Shown piece after piece: positions 1 to 11,741 of a stretch of DNA of 64,000 nucleotides (position 1 is the stretch's first letter; each line of letters begins with the position of its first letter). The DNA comes from Candidatus Marinacidobacterales bacterium (GTDB lineage Bacteria > Acidobacteriota > Vicinamibacteria > Marinacidobacterales > DATDRI01). A program made the position numbers and the translations under genes. The stretch covers positions 3,360,001 through 3,424,000 of the forward strand of contig CBDCNP010000002.1 in assembly GCA_965219415.1 (NCBI GenBank), given 5' to 3'. Below the pieces are notes generated by a model. That model ran no database searches. It had not been told where the DNA came from and saw only the letters and a list, made by a program, of their open reading frames with translations.

Positions 1-592
1 CTCGGAGTCGGAGAACGTCAAGCGATGGGTCAACGATTGGTCAGACGTGGAGGCGGCAAGGCACCTCATTTTCGACACCTCGTTCAACATCGACGGCATC
101 TGGAGTGGGTATACCGGGCCGGGATCGGCAACCATCCTTCCGGAAAAGGCGGCGGTAAAGATGGACAGCCGCCTCGTTCCCGATCAGGAGATCGCGAAAC
201 AAAAGCAGCTATTCCTGGAACACATGGAGCGACACGGCTACGAAGACATCGAAGTGAGACAGCTGGGTGGAGGCGACGAATGGTCTCAGACCAGCGTCAA
301 GGCTCCTGTGGTCCAGGCGATGTTGTCGGTCTACCGTCATTACGGCATCGAGCCCGCCATCTGGCCGCGCTCCCCGACCTCCAGCCCCAGGTGGGAGTTC
401 ACCCGGAAACTGGGCCTACCCGATGTTAGAGGTGGGCTCGGACATGGTGGTCGCGCGCACGCCGTTGACGAGTACATCGTCATCGAGGGAAACGAGAGAG
501 TGGCCGGGATCGTAAAGGCGGAGCAATCCTTAGTAGATCTCCTCTTCGCCTACGCGAACTATCCGGAGGAACCTCGATCTGCGTCTGCCTAG
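1..592 (+). CDS. M20/M25/M40 family metallopeptidase, C-terminal part (5' end outside window)
   Basis: TILP..AVKMDSRLVPDQ dimerisation motif and C-terminal GHGGRAHAVDEY motif. Confidence 0.85.
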   Translation, partial: SESENVKRWVNDWSDVEAARHLIFDTSFNIDGIWSGYTGPGSATILPEKAAVKMDSRLVPDQEIAKQKQLFLEHMERHGYEDIEVRQLGGGDEWSQTSVKAPVVQAMLSVYRHYGIEPAIWPRSPTSSPRWEFTRKLGLPDVRGGLGHGGRAHAVDEYIVIEGNERVAGIVKAEQSLVDLLFAYANYPEEPRSASA

Positions 593-610
593 CCGTAGCA
601 AGGAGGGTTT

Positions 611-1009
611 TTGGAACAGCACGTGAAGATTCTTGGTGTTCTCTACATCGTATTGGGGACGATGGGCGTCATCGCCGCGCTGATCTGCCTCATGATCTTC
701 GGCGGGGTGGCGGGGTTCCTCGGAATCGTCGCACAGGAAGAACCGGACGCCCGCATCGCTGTGCCTATCGTCGGCGCGTTCGCGGTGGGCCTGTTTCTCT
801 TCCTTCTCGTACTGTCCGTACCGGGAATTGTCGCCGGCGTCGGCGTTCTCCAGCTCCGCCCCTAGGCTCGCATCGTCACGATTATCCTGTCGGCCTTGAA
901 TCTCATGAACATTCCCATCGGCACCTTGGTGGGGGCCTACGGCCTATGGGTCATGCTCTCCGCGGACACCGAGAAGCTCTTCAACCCGCCGCCTGGCCCC
1001 GTTGAGTAA
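611..1009 (+). pseudogene. Small multi-TM membrane protein with in-frame TAG at 863-865
   Basis: Frame continues past LRP* as ARIVTIILSALNLMNIPIGTLVGAYGLWVML to TAA at 1007-1009; TAG sits where Trp (PWAR) is expected; RBS AGGAGG upstream. Confidence 0.75.
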
Positions 1010-1010
1010 C

Positions 1011-1100
1011 AGCACCTCCGTATTTTGGCGGCAGGCACGCGTAGACGAGCCCGCCTGGCTAGGATTGGTCCCAGCACCTCCGTATTCTGACGGCAGACAC
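1011..1100. repeat. Two ~62-bp-period direct repeats (AGCACCTCCGTATTYTGRCGGCAGRCACG), member of dispersed repeat family
   Basis: Copies start at 1011 and 1073; spacer contains CGCCTGGCTAG, the reverse complement of the motif at 24473. Confidence 0.75.
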
Positions 1101-1152
1101 GAACCGAATCTGCGTTATTGCGGCATAATGGACAAGGGAAGCGTGCGACAAA

Positions 1153-4100
1153 ATGAAGCGCTGGATACGTTGGCTCGTGGGACTCATAGGACTCTTCGTC
1201 CTACTTTTCTTTCTCTTGCACACAGCGCCAGGCAAGGAGTTCTCCCGCGGCATCCTGGTAAATGCACTCTCCAGACTAGCGGACAGTGAGGTCTCGCTAG
1301 GGCACCTCGACTACCGGCTCTGGCGAGGGGAGATCGCGCTTTCCGATCTCACTCTAGCCTCCGAATCGTTCGACCTCGAAGTAGCCAAGGTCAGCCTCAG
1401 CGTCTCGCCGACGCTTCGAATTTCCGCGGAGATTCGTGGGCCTCGGCTCGACTTTCGTGTCGTGCCCGACGGCGAGACGGACGCCGAAAGCGAGCCTTGG
1501 ACCGGAATTCCTCTAAACATCCGCCATCTCGACCTAACGGACGGTCACATTCGTCGAGGCCAGCGCCGAATCATCAACTTGAACCTCTCGCTAACCACGC
1601 CAGAGGACGTGCGCTTCGACACCGACAAGGCGCGGGTCGAGGCGGGAGCGACCCTGAGGCTCACCGGGACGGCTACCTCGCCCGAGCTCAGCGGTGTTCT
1701 TTCCCTTCGGCCCGACGGGTCGCTGGTTGGTGGGCCGGAACTCGTTTCAAGTCATCTCCGCACACGCGGACTTCGATGGCTACCCCCGTTCACCGCCGAC
1801 GCTTCAGGCTTCTATGGTCACTCAAGGTGGGGCAAACGGTCATCCAGCTCGAAGTCGACGGAGAGCCGAACGATCTCAACATTCGCCTACGCGCTCCCGA
1901 GGACTCGAGCTTGACGGAAGGCGACCTGATGTCGCTTCTGGTGACCGGCCGTACTTTGGCGGACGCCGGCGAGGGGGGCCAGATGATGGCCTCGACCTGG
2001 GCGATGTCCTCGTTCGCGAATCTCATCCACGACGGCCTGGGAGATGTCTTCTCATTCGGTGCTCCCGCCGCCGCGGGGCCCCTCGTACTCGCCGAGGAAA
2101 GAAACCCCACCAGCCGCATGACTCTGGGGTTCCCTCTTACCGAGAGGTTCTCGATCACCTACTCCTTGCCGCTGGACGAACCGGAGAATCAGCTTTGGAT
2201 TCTGGACTACCGCGTCGCCAGAGACCTGTGGCTCCGGGCCACACAAGAAAGCGGGATCGATTACACGCTGGGCTTCACGCACCGGTTCAGGATCGGTCGA
2301 AAGCTTGTCATGGAGGACGAGTCGGAAGGCGCCGTCGAGATGCCGTCGCGAAACGTGGGTCGCATCACCTTCGGCGGAACCCTCCCGGTGCCAGAAGACG
2401 AGCTTCGAAAGAGACTCAAGATCCGCTCCGGTGCTCGCTACGATTATTGGAGGGCTCAAGACGACGCCGACGCGCTCCGAGAGAACTTGATCGAAAAGGG
2501 CTTTCTAAGTGCGGTCGTGGAGGTCGAAACCGAGCAGGCGGAGGGACGGGTCGACATTGTCTTTTCTGTGGAAGCGGGGCCGCCGACCGGGCTCGTTTGG
2601 GAGGGAGACGATCCCGGCTCGGACATAAAGAAGCGCACTCGAGCGGCGTGGGATGGGCGCATTCCCGAGAGCTACTTAGTCACCGACCTCGCGGCGCGCG
2701 CACGCTGGCGGCTAAGGAGCCAGCGATACTTCCAGGCGGAGGTCGAGGGACTTGTGGAAGCGGGTGACGATAAACATCGGATCGTCTTCGCGGTGTCGAA
2801 GGGCCCACGCGGTCGCGCAGTCGTGCTCTCTTTCGACGGCAACGAATCGCTTCCGGAGGAGGAGCTCCGAGACGCTCTGCCCTCGACGTCATCGCCAACC
2901 TTCTTTTCCCTTCTCGACGCGAAAAAGTCCGAGCTCGAGAAAGGCCTGCGCCTCCGCTACGCATCCGATGGATACCTCTATGCCACGGTAGGAGAGCCGC
3001 GGACGAGCTTCGATTCCAAGACCGGGGAGCTCCGAGTCACTATTCCCGTCGACGAGGGTCCATTGGTAAGAGTCAGCAACATCCGATTCGAGGGTGCCAC
3101 CTCTCTTTCCGAAGACCAGTTGAGGGATGCTCTCGGCCAGAAAGAAGGCGACCCGATCAATTTTTCCAAGTTCAACGAGGGCGAGACCAATATCAGAACT
3201 CTCTACCGCGAAGAGGGCTTTCCGGACGTCCGGCTTCGCTCCGTGGTGAGTTCGGCGGCCGATAGCGTCGATGTCGCCATCGATATTACCGAGGGGTCCC
3301 CGGTACGGATCGGGCGCATCCGCGTGGTCGGGAACCTGAAGACCCGAAGGTGGGTCATCGATAGAGAGTTGACGTTCAATGAAGGGGAGCCGATCAGCAC
3401 TTCCAAGTTCCAGGAGAGTCGAAGAAATCTGTACGACCTGAGGATCTTCCGGACCGCCGACGTGCGTGTCGCACCGAGCGAACCGGGAACCGAGATCCGA
3501 GATGTCATCCTGCAGGTGGTGGAGCGAGAGCTCCTCGATATGTCCTACGGGCTGCGCTACAACTTCGTGAGCCAGACCGAAGAGTCTGCGGATGTCGACC
3601 CCGAATCTCAATCCCGGGGACTGGAAGGCATTCTCAGGGCGACCTTTCCCAATCCGTTCGGGCGCAGCGCTACCCTGGGCCTAACCGCCATCATTAGTTA
3701 GGACCAACCGCTCTACCGTGGGTCTTATCTCACGCCTCGCTTCTTCGGCCGTCGATTGAGCACTGAGCTCTACGCCGAAGCAAGCATCGACGAAGAGAGG
3801 GGGCAGAACACCCTCGGCGCCCGCGCTCAGCAATGGAGCGTCAACTTCCAGCAAACCCGGAAGCTACCGAGAGGTAGGCTCAACATCCAGTGGAACTACA
3901 GCGTTGGAGAGTTTGCGCTTCTGGGCCTTCGCGGTGGCTCGGTCGAGGTTCAGGATGACGGCGATTTTCGAAGCCGTTTGGGCGGCTCCATTTTCGAAGA
4001 CGAACGAGACAACGTGGCGAACCCGACACGCGGCCGATTCTGGAACATCACGCTACAGGCCGGTCCGAAGTTCCTCGGCTCCGATACGAGCTTCTACCGA

Positions 4101-4577
4101 TTCTACGGTCAGATCTTCTATTTCTACCCCTTGAGACGAAACTTGGTTTGGGCCTCGAGTTACCGGCTCGGGCTGACTGCGCTTGGAGAAAGCGACCGGT
4201 TCTTCGTTGTCGACGACCGGTTCAAAGCCGGCGGACCGAACTCGGTACGGGGCTTCGAGCACAATTCCTTGGGTCCGAGTATCGAGTTCCCGGACGGAGC
4301 GGTCGCCTTCCTAGGAGGTCAGGCGGTGGTGATCATGAACCAGGAGTTGCGGTTCCCGATCTATAAGATTCTTCACGGCGGCGTCTATCTCGATACCGGC
4401 CAAGTCTATCCCAAGGCGAAGGACCTTTCGCTCGATCGACTCAGATGGTCCGCCGGGGCAGGGCTGCGCGTCGTTTTGCCCTTCGGTCCACTGCGATTCG
4501 ATTGGGCCGAAGTGCTCAACCCTCAGGAGAACGACAAACTAACTCGATTCCACTTCAGTTTCGGCTACGCGTTCTAA
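1153..4577 (+). pseudogene. TamB/AsmA-like plus POTRA/Omp85 (BamA/TamA-like) fusion, disrupted
   Basis: N-terminal anchor; TamB C-terminal segment; POTRA repeats; barrel motifs RFKAGGPNSVRGF, PFGPLRFDWA and terminal FSFGYAF. Frameshifts near 1725 and 1826, in-frame TAG at 3699-3701. Confidence 0.8.
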
Positions 4578-5351
4578 TCCGTCGAGCGCTGCCGTGCCTC
4601 GATTGCGAGTTGACGACTTCCCTCCCGGATCGAGTCGAGCGTGCTCTCCAAAGACTCTCGCGGAACCGATCTCACAAACGGTGACACGAACCATTTCACG
4701 GCGACGGGAATGCCTCGGCTCAACCCGATCGATTCACATTCTACGATCACGCCACCGTCGACCTCCCGGTATCGCCAGTATGAATTGAACCGCCAAAGAA
4801 AACCGCTGTCTTCCCCCACCGGCCTCTCGCGCTCGCTCACCTCATCTGGATTCTCGAGCTGGACGATGCGGGTCGCGGCGCTCCGGCTGGACACTTCGTT
4901 GGGTCCGTGGCGCCGGTATACGACGTCGTGCTCGGTGTTGTAGAAAACAGTAAACACTTTCTGTCTTTTCAGTTTCAGAAAGATCTGGAAACGGTCTCCA
5001 TCTCTAGCCAGTAGTCGCGATTCCTCCACCTCCGGAAACTGCTCGTGGTGTTGCGAGTAGTTTTGCACCCACTCCAAGAGCTCTTGGAGTGAAACATCGG
5101 GGATGAAAACGGACACCATCCAGTGATGCACCATCCCGGATGGGATACGGAGCGCCCTCCCATCCTTGTCGCGAGTCTCCATCGCCGCCACACAAACGTC
5201 TCCCCGGTCGATCGTTCGCTCGCACTGCTCGGCCTGCTGGCGCGAAAGAAACTCGCTAACCAAGAACCCCGAGCCAGAGTCCAACTCGTTTTCGATCCTT
5301 GCTTCGGTGAGCGTGACGTATCGCTCCCAGGCCCTGACGGTTTTGTTTTGT

Positions 5352-6644
5352 GGGTCTACGCGGATTCGTGTGGGTTGAAAACTGCATTTCTGGGTAATGG
5401 CGGAAGGAAAGTCGCCACGATCTTCAGCTTGAGATATTCCTCGTCGCGATAGCCGTAGGCGCGTCGTTGCAGAACACGGATTTTGTTGTTGACCCCTTCA
5501 ACTAGGCCGAGACTGACTTTGTTCTCCGGATGACAGTAGGAGGCGATACCATCCCAATGGGACTCAATCATACCGGCGAACTTCTGGTACGGATGCAGGC
5601 GTTGCCATTTGAGGCTGTCTTTCCAACGAGTGAAAAAGGCGCGAGCGCCGCGTTCGGTGCGGTAATCCCAGAGTTGCCCGAAGGCCTCCTTCAAAATATA
5701 GGCGGTGTTCAGGCGCCGGTTGGCCTGGAGCAACTTTTTGAGTGCGCGGCGACCGTCTAGGCTCAGGTTCTCCCGCCGGGAAAGCAAAGTGTAACGCTGC
5801 CCCTTGATGTACGACCGGTCCTTGCCGCTGAGGCGTTTGTACTCACCGCGCCGGACCTCATCGAGGGCCTTTGACAGATGACGCATGATATGAAACTTGT
5901 CGAAGATGATCCGCGCATTAGGCGCGTTGTGAATCACCGAGTTCCGGAAGGGCTTCCACATATCCATGGCGGCCAGCTTGATACGGGCGCTTTTCTTTCC
6001 GCCCGGCGCCTTGAAGAACAAATCGATGTCGGTTTCTTTGCGACCCTCACCGCCCACCCAGATGGGACGCGCCCGCTCCAGGTCGCTGACAATGACGCGA
6101 TAGTTATGTCCCTTGCGGATGGAGATCTCATCGACACCGATGGCCCGAGGCGCCGGTAGCCCCGCCCGGTCGACCTGCTCTTGCATGTAGAGCGTATCCA
6201 GAGCCTTCACCGTACCGTGGTGCAGACGTTCCATTCTAGGTGTTCTACATGCACACCGCCGCACCCAGAACAGTTGACGCGCCAACGCTCGTATTCCAGA
6301 TAGATCCGCCAGCCAGCCAACGACAGGTCGCGGACCCGGCACACTTGCTTGTCATAGCGCCCCCGGCACCGTTGCCCACAGTAAGAGCACACAGCTGTTT
6401 TTTTCGCCTCTTGAGCTGGATGACGCGGGCGTATCGGTCACCGAATAGACCCTTCAATCCGGCACCAACCACGAAACCTGGCAGCGTAAACAGCGAGCGG
6501 ATCGACTGGGAATTTTTCACTCGGTTAGCCTATCCTAAAAATGGACCACTTTTCAGCACCTGATGAAGTACTCGATACCTTTTCCACACAATGAGTTACA
6601 CTGTTTTTCCGTCAGAACTTACCCACACGAATCCGCGTAAACCC
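5352..6644 (-). mobile_element. ISL3-family IS, copy 1 (91-bp internal deletion)
   Basis: TIRs GGGTCTACGCGGATTCGTGTGGG / CCCACACGAATCCGCGTAAACCC; 8-bp flanks TGTTTTGT/AGTTTTGT; GVDE, MDMW, DKFH and EGVNNKIR motifs. Confidence 0.95.
5356..6520 (-). pseudogene. ISL3 transposase, copy 1, deleted near 6235
   Basis: Near-identical to copies 2 and 3 but lacks 91 bp between CACCTAGA and ATGGAACG. Confidence 0.9.
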
Positions 6645-6731
6645 AGTTTTGTAGCTTGGCGGCAGTAGTTTCGGCGGTTAGCAGCAGCGTCGCGCCAAGA
6701 ACCGCGAGACCCAAGAAAATTCGCGGCCCGC

Positions 6732-7434
6732 TCATCCCCTTACTCGCTCCACGTCCGAGGGAAGCTCCAGCTTGAAGACGTTATCCTCAATGTCTTGGTT
6801 GACCACGATGTTTTCGAGATCGATCCGGTTGACGCTGTTGTTGAGCTCGACAAGCTCTTGCTGCACGGGAAGCCAGAGCTCTGGATCGACCCAGAGATCG
6901 ATTTGCCGGTACATGCTCTCCGTGCCCTGCCGGGCAGTTAAACGGAGGTGATAGGCTTGCTTGCCCTTCACTTCTTCTTCGCCTAACAAGATAATCTCGA
7001 AATCCTCTTCGGCGTCTGAGAGATCGCCCACCAAGAATGCCAGGAACCCGTTTCGACCGCGGCTCGCATTGGGATCCAGTTTGCCCACTATCGCCTGCTT
7101 GGATCTTGGGTTGATACAGAACGTATTCGCCATCGTCCACCGCGACGATTCGGCTTTCAGGCTCGGTGATCTCGAGTCGCATCCGGGTTGCCTTCGCTCG
7201 CTCGAGATGGATCCGTCCGATTTCCGGCGGGTCGGTCAACGACAGTTGCGGGTACGACTTCACTTGTACGAGATCGGCTTCGAGGCTGGTCAGAGCTCGG
7301 GACGCCTCGGCCATGCGCTCCAGGATTGGCGCGGTGGCCGATTCGTCGGCTTGCGTCGCCGACACGAGCGACGGCAATAGGAAGAGCAAAAAAGCAAGGA
7401 GAGGGAATAAAGGTCTAAGAGACTTCTTAGTCAC
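6732..7434 (-). pseudogene. LolA-like outer-membrane lipoprotein carrier/sorting protein, frameshift near 7105
   Basis: Signal peptide, SLEADLVQ, MRLEITEPE, LYQPKI|KQAIV, IDLWVDPELWLPVQ, VFKLELPSDV. Confidence 0.75.
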
Positions 7435-7894
7435 AAACCCTCCTACTGTCAGTCATGGGGTATCCGCAGGCGGCCGGTGAGGCCTTGGTCGCGGGAACGG
7501 CGAATACGAACCGGTCGCTGACGAGGAAATTGAGAACGGAGCACATTGCGATGCTGAGCAAGTTCGCAACAAGGTAGTGAAGGCCTAGAAACTCAACGAA
7601 TGCTGCCGTGAACACGAGGTTGGACAAAATGGAAAAGGCTCCATTCGCGAGGTGAAACCGCACGAGTCGCTCGATGATTCTGCTGCGAAGCGCCGCTTTG
7701 CGGTCCGCCCAAGTCCACCGCTCGTGCCATACGAAGTTGTGCAACACCGCAGTTTCTACCGCAAAAGCGGTTGCTACGAGATAGTGCATTCCCACCGAAC
7801 CGGCAAGAACACTCAGGACGATGAACTGTACCGCGACGCCCATCCCACCAATGAAGTTGAACTTGAGCCACCGCCTGAACATGGGGGACCTCAT
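7427..7894 (-). CDS. GtrA family membrane protein
   Basis: RWLKFNFIG, AVLHNFVWHERWTW and NFLVSDRFVF motifs. Confidence 0.9.
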   Translation of the reverse strand: MRSPMFRRWLKFNFIGGMGVAVQFIVLSVLAGSVGMHYLVATAFAVETAVLHNFVWHERWTWADRKAALRSRIIERLVRFHLANGAFSILSNLVFTAAFVEFLGLHYLVANLLSIAMCSVLNFLVSDRFVFAVPATKASPAACGYPMTDSRRVCD

Positions 7895-8844
7895 TTAGCA
7901 AGCGGCTCCGCTAGGTACAGGGTTCGGGTATTCCGAAACACCGAAACGAGAAGCGTCACACCGATGCAAGCGATGGCTATGACCCCAGCCACATCGAAGA
8001 GAAGATAGGTCGATCCGGCCAACGCCACCTCGGGACGATAGAGCGCGTACACCGTCCCGGCGGCTAGAAGGATGCGTAACTCCGTCCCTCCGAAAATCCA
8101 GTAGGAGATCTTGAAAGTCCCAACGGTGTGCGTGGCCAAGTAAATCTCAGCGGAGAGCATTAAGTAGACGAGCAGGAGCCCCAAGGCCACCATCGAGCTC
8201 ATGTACGGGGAAAGGGCCAAGCCAATGAGCACCGCCGCCGCCCCGAAGACGTCCACGACATGATCGACGTAAAACCCGTAACGAGGTCGCTGCCGGTCCC
8301 TGACTCGAGCCAGAGTACCGTCCAGGCTGTCACCTAACCAATTGAGCACCAAGGCGATGACGACTCCGAAAAGCGGGTTTACGCGGATTCGTGTGGGTAA
8401 GTTCTGACGGAAAAACAGTGTAACTCATTGTGTGGAAAAGGTATCGAGTACTTCATCAGGTGCTGAAAAGTGGTCCATTTTTAGGATAGGCTAACCGAGT
8501 GAAAAATTCCCAGTCGATCCGCTCGCTGTTTGCGCTGCCAGGTTTCGTGGTTGGTGCCGGATTGAAGGGTCTATTCGGTGACCGATACGCCCGCGTCATC
8601 CAGCTCAAGAGGCGAAAAAAACAGCTGTGTGCTCTTACTGTGGGCAACGGTGCCGGGGGCGCTATGACAAGCAAGTGTGCCGGGTCCGCGACCTGTCGTT
8701 GGCAGGCTGGCGGATCTATCTGGAATACGAGCGTTGGCGCGTCAACTGTTCTGGGTGCGGCGGTGTGCATGTAGAACACCTAGACTGGCTGGCGAACAAC
8801 TCGCGCTACACCCAGCGTTTTGCGACGCATGTGGGCAAGCTGTG

Positions 8845-10244
8845 GGTGATGTCTTAAGATTCCTGTCAAAGAAAAACGATGTATGGTTCCCCAAGCTCAA
8901 ACCCGTCCCCGTCATGGGGACAGAAAAGGAGAACCATACATCATGGGAAAGGTACTACCGAGTCAGCGATTGCTCAAGCAGTTCGAGGAACAACTGGTAT
9001 TTGGGGAGATGAATCTCTCGGAGATCGTCCGGTCGGGAGCTCAGATGATGCTTCAATATGCGTTGGAGCGCGAGGTGACGGAGGCGTTGGGTCGAAACTA
9101 CTATGAGAACGCTCCGGCAACGACGAAGGAGAAGGGACGACGCAACGGGTATGAGTCGCATCGGGTCCTCACGGGCGAGGGAGCGGTGACGGTGCAAGTG
9201 CCGCGGGTACGAGAAACAGAGAAGGTGTTTCAGTCAAAGATTCTCGACGCCTACGTGAGCCGGACCGAGAAACTCGATGAACTGATCGCGCGGATGTACG
9301 TCCACGGGATGTCGACGCGTGACATTGAGGCGACGTTCGCGGACGTGCTGAGCGGCACGGGTGTCTCGAAGTCGGTGGTGAGCCGGGTCACACGGTGTCT
9401 GTCGGAGGATTTCGAGGCGTTTCGAAAACGGGATCTCTCGAACGAGAAGCTGTTGTATCTCGAGCTCGACGGCACGTACCTGCGCTACCACCAAGGAGCG
9501 GAGAGGAAAGAGCCCATCCTCGTTGCGACCGGCTATCGCGCTGATGGGACGCGAGTTCTTCTTCATATCGGTGTCGGCAACCGAGAATCCTACGAGAACT
9601 GGAAGGGGTTCTTGCAGGAGATAGTGGCCCGAGGAATGAGGGAGCCGTTGCTCATCGTGACGGACGGGAATCCTGGAGTGCTCAAAGCGATCGCAGAGGT
9701 CTTCCCTCGAAGCCTCAAGCAACGTTGCCAGAAGCACCGCCTCGAGAACATCCTGGGCAAGGCTCCGAAGGAAGTGCGCGACGAACTCAAGGCGGCCATC
9801 CTTGAGTCGTTCCATGCGAACAGCTACGAGCAAGGGCTGAAGAAGGGTCGGGAGGTGATCGCTCGGTACCGTCAACGATTCCCGAGCGCGATGAAGTGCA
9901 TGGAAGAGACCCTCGAAGCATGTCTTCAGGCGCTACGCCTTCCTGCGGCGCATCACAAAAGGCTTCGCACGTCGAATCTACTTGAGCGCACGTTCGGAGA
10001 GCACAAACGTCGCACAAAGGTCATTCCTCACTTCTTCACCGAGGAGGCCGCGATGAAACTCTCGTTCGCTGTGCTCTTGGCCGCCGCAAACAAATGGCGC
10101 GGCGTGAGGATGGATGTCTTCGCCGCTAGGAAAGTCGAGGAGCTTCGCAACGAGCTTCTCCCGCAAGGCACGTCGGAGGAATCAGCAGCTTAACCGAGCG
10201 CGGGGAACCGTACGGAGATTTGACAGGAAAATTAAGACTTGACC
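8845..10244 (+). mobile_element. IS256-family IS (element A)
   Basis: Imperfect TIRs GGTGATGTCTTAAGATTCCTGTCAAA / TTTGACAGGAAAATTAAGACTTGACC; 9-bp TSD CAAGCTGTG. Confidence 0.95.
8943..10193 (+). CDS. IS256 family DDE transposase (intact)
   Basis: RRNGY, MYVHGMSTRDI, LDG, TDG, QRCQKH and RTSNLLER motifs. Confidence 0.95.
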   Translation: MGKVLPSQRLLKQFEEQLVFGEMNLSEIVRSGAQMMLQYALEREVTEALGRNYYENAPATTKEKGRRNGYESHRVLTGEGAVTVQVPRVRETEKVFQSKILDAYVSRTEKLDELIARMYVHGMSTRDIEATFADVLSGTGVSKSVVSRVTRCLSEDFEAFRKRDLSNEKLLYLELDGTYLRYHQGAERKEPILVATGYRADGTRVLLHIGVGNRESYENWKGFLQEIVARGMREPLLIVTDGNPGVLKAIAEVFPRSLKQRCQKHRLENILGKAPKEVRDELKAAILESFHANSYEQGLKKGREVIARYRQRFPSAMKCMEETLEACLQALRLPAAHHKRLRTSNLLERTFGEHKRRTKVIPHFFTEEAAMKLSFAVLLAAANKWRGVRMDVFAARKVEELRNELLPQGTSEESAA

Positions 10245-11420
10245 CAAGCTGTGCCGGGATATGCCGAACAAGGCGGTGGCCGAGATGGAACGTCTGCACC
10301 ACGGTACGGTGAAGGCTCTGGATACGCTCTACATGCAAGAGCAGGTCGACCGGGCGGGGCTACCGGCGCCTCGGGCCATCGGTGTCGATGAGATCTCCAT
10401 CCGCAAGGGACATAACTATCGCGTCATTGTCAGCGACTTGGAGCGGGCGCGTCCCATCTGGGTGGGCGGTGAGGGTCGCAAAGAAACCGACATCGATTTG
10501 TTCTTCAAGGCGCTGGGCGGAAAGAAAAGCGCCCGTATCAAGCTGGCCGCCATGGATATGTGGAAGCCCTTCCGGAACTCGGTGATTCACAACGCGCCTA
10601 ATGCGCGGATCATCTCCGACAAGTTTCATATCATGCGTCATCTGTCAAAGGCCCTCGATGAGGTCCGGCGCGGTGAGTACAAACGCCTCAGCGGCAAGGA
10701 CCGGTCGTACATCAAGGGGCAGCGTTACACTTTGCTTTCCCGGCGGGAGAACCTGAGCCTAGACGGTCGCCGCGCACTCAAAAAGTTGCTCCAGGCCAAC
10801 CGGCGCCTGAACACCGCCTATATTTTGAAGGAGGCCTTCGGGCAACTCTGGGATTACCGCACCGAACGCGGCGCTCGCGCCTTTTTCACCCGTTGGAAAG
10901 ACAGCCTCAAATGGCAACGCCTGCATCCGTACCAGAAGTTCGCCGGTATGATTGAGTCCCATTGGGATGGTATCGCCTCCTACTGTCATCCGGAGAACAA
11001 AGTCAGTCTCGGCCTAGTTGAAGGGGTCAACAACAAAATCCGTGTTCTGCAACGACGCGCCTACGGCTATCGCGACGAGGAATATCTCAAGCTGAAGATC
11101 GTGGCGGCTTTCCTTCCGCTATTACCCAGAAATGCAGTTTTCAACCCACACGAATCCGCGTAGACCCCGAAAAGCAAGTACGGATTCCACTGCGCGGCCC
11201 AGTAACTGAAACCACCCAGAAACATCGCGGCCAGCCCCAAAAGCGTCAGATGATCGGAGTTCACCCAAGACGGCGCGCGGCGAGCCAACCAGACCAGGGC
11301 CCGTTTCTCGACTCCAGCGGTCAGGCTTGTGTTCTCTCGGGAATGACCGACGTTTGTTTCCTTCATTCCTGTCCTCCTTCTCTGCGGCCGGGCGAAGATG
11401 CCGCGTCCAGCCGAGTAGAT

Positions 11421-11436
11421 TGCAATGGGCATACCA
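11421..11436 (-). promoter_or_regulatory. Sigma-54 (-24/-12) promoter
   Basis: Minus strand TGGTATGCCCATTGCA = GG-N10-GC, 55 bp upstream of the CDP-alcohol transferase start. Confidence 0.75.
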
Positions 11437-11543
11437 CCTAGCGGCCCTTGGCGCACTTAGCACGCCGATCCACTAATTCCCTTCAACAGTAGGGGATTGG
11501 CGCGCTAACCTGGAATCGCCGAACGGTGGGAGAAAACCGGAGA

Positions 11544-11573
11544 CTATCCGATCAGATAGAGGCCTATCCGATC
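11544..11573. promoter_or_regulatory. Putative bEBP upstream activator sites
   Basis: CTATCCGATC repeated 20 bp apart; first copy forms CTATC-N6-GATAG; ~110-140 bp upstream of the -24 element. Confidence 0.55.
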
Positions 11574-11741
11574 CACCTACTCGCCGTCCTTTTCATTGGA
11601 CGCCTTACCCAAACTGCGCTGGATGGGTAGCAAAGCTTTTTCGAGGGACTCCCTCGGCACCGACTCCACATACGTCCGAAGCATCCACGCAAGGCCGGAA
11701 GGTATACCTCGACTCAAGCTCACCGATTCGCACTCGACCAT

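Larger units (their letters stand above)
4574..6735 (-). pseudogene. Secreted START/SRPBCC-like hypothetical protein (paralog 1), interrupted by ISL3
   Basis: ATG at 6735 overlaps the LolA-like stop. Removing the IS restores MSGPRIFLGLAVLG...AKLQNKTVRAWERYV...GFLWRFNSYWRYREVDGGVIVECESIGLSRGIP. Fold is inferred. Confidence 0.7.
8499..11163 (+). pseudogene. ISL3 transposase, copy 2, interrupted by IS256
   Basis: N-terminal Zn-finger part 8499-8844, catalytic part 10254-11163. Confidence 0.9.
8375..11167 (+). mobile_element. ISL3-family IS, copy 2, carrying a nested IS256
   Basis: Same TIRs as copy 1; perfect 8-bp TSD CGAAAAGC (8367-8374 / 11168-11175). Confidence 0.95.
7891..11366 (-). pseudogene. 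CDP-alcohol phosphatidyltransferase family protein, split by ISL3::IS256
   Basis: N-terminus (PSWVNSDHLTLLG) at 11168-11366; C-terminus with DSLDGTLARVRDRQRPRYGFYVDHVVD signature at 7891-8374. Confidence 0.9.
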
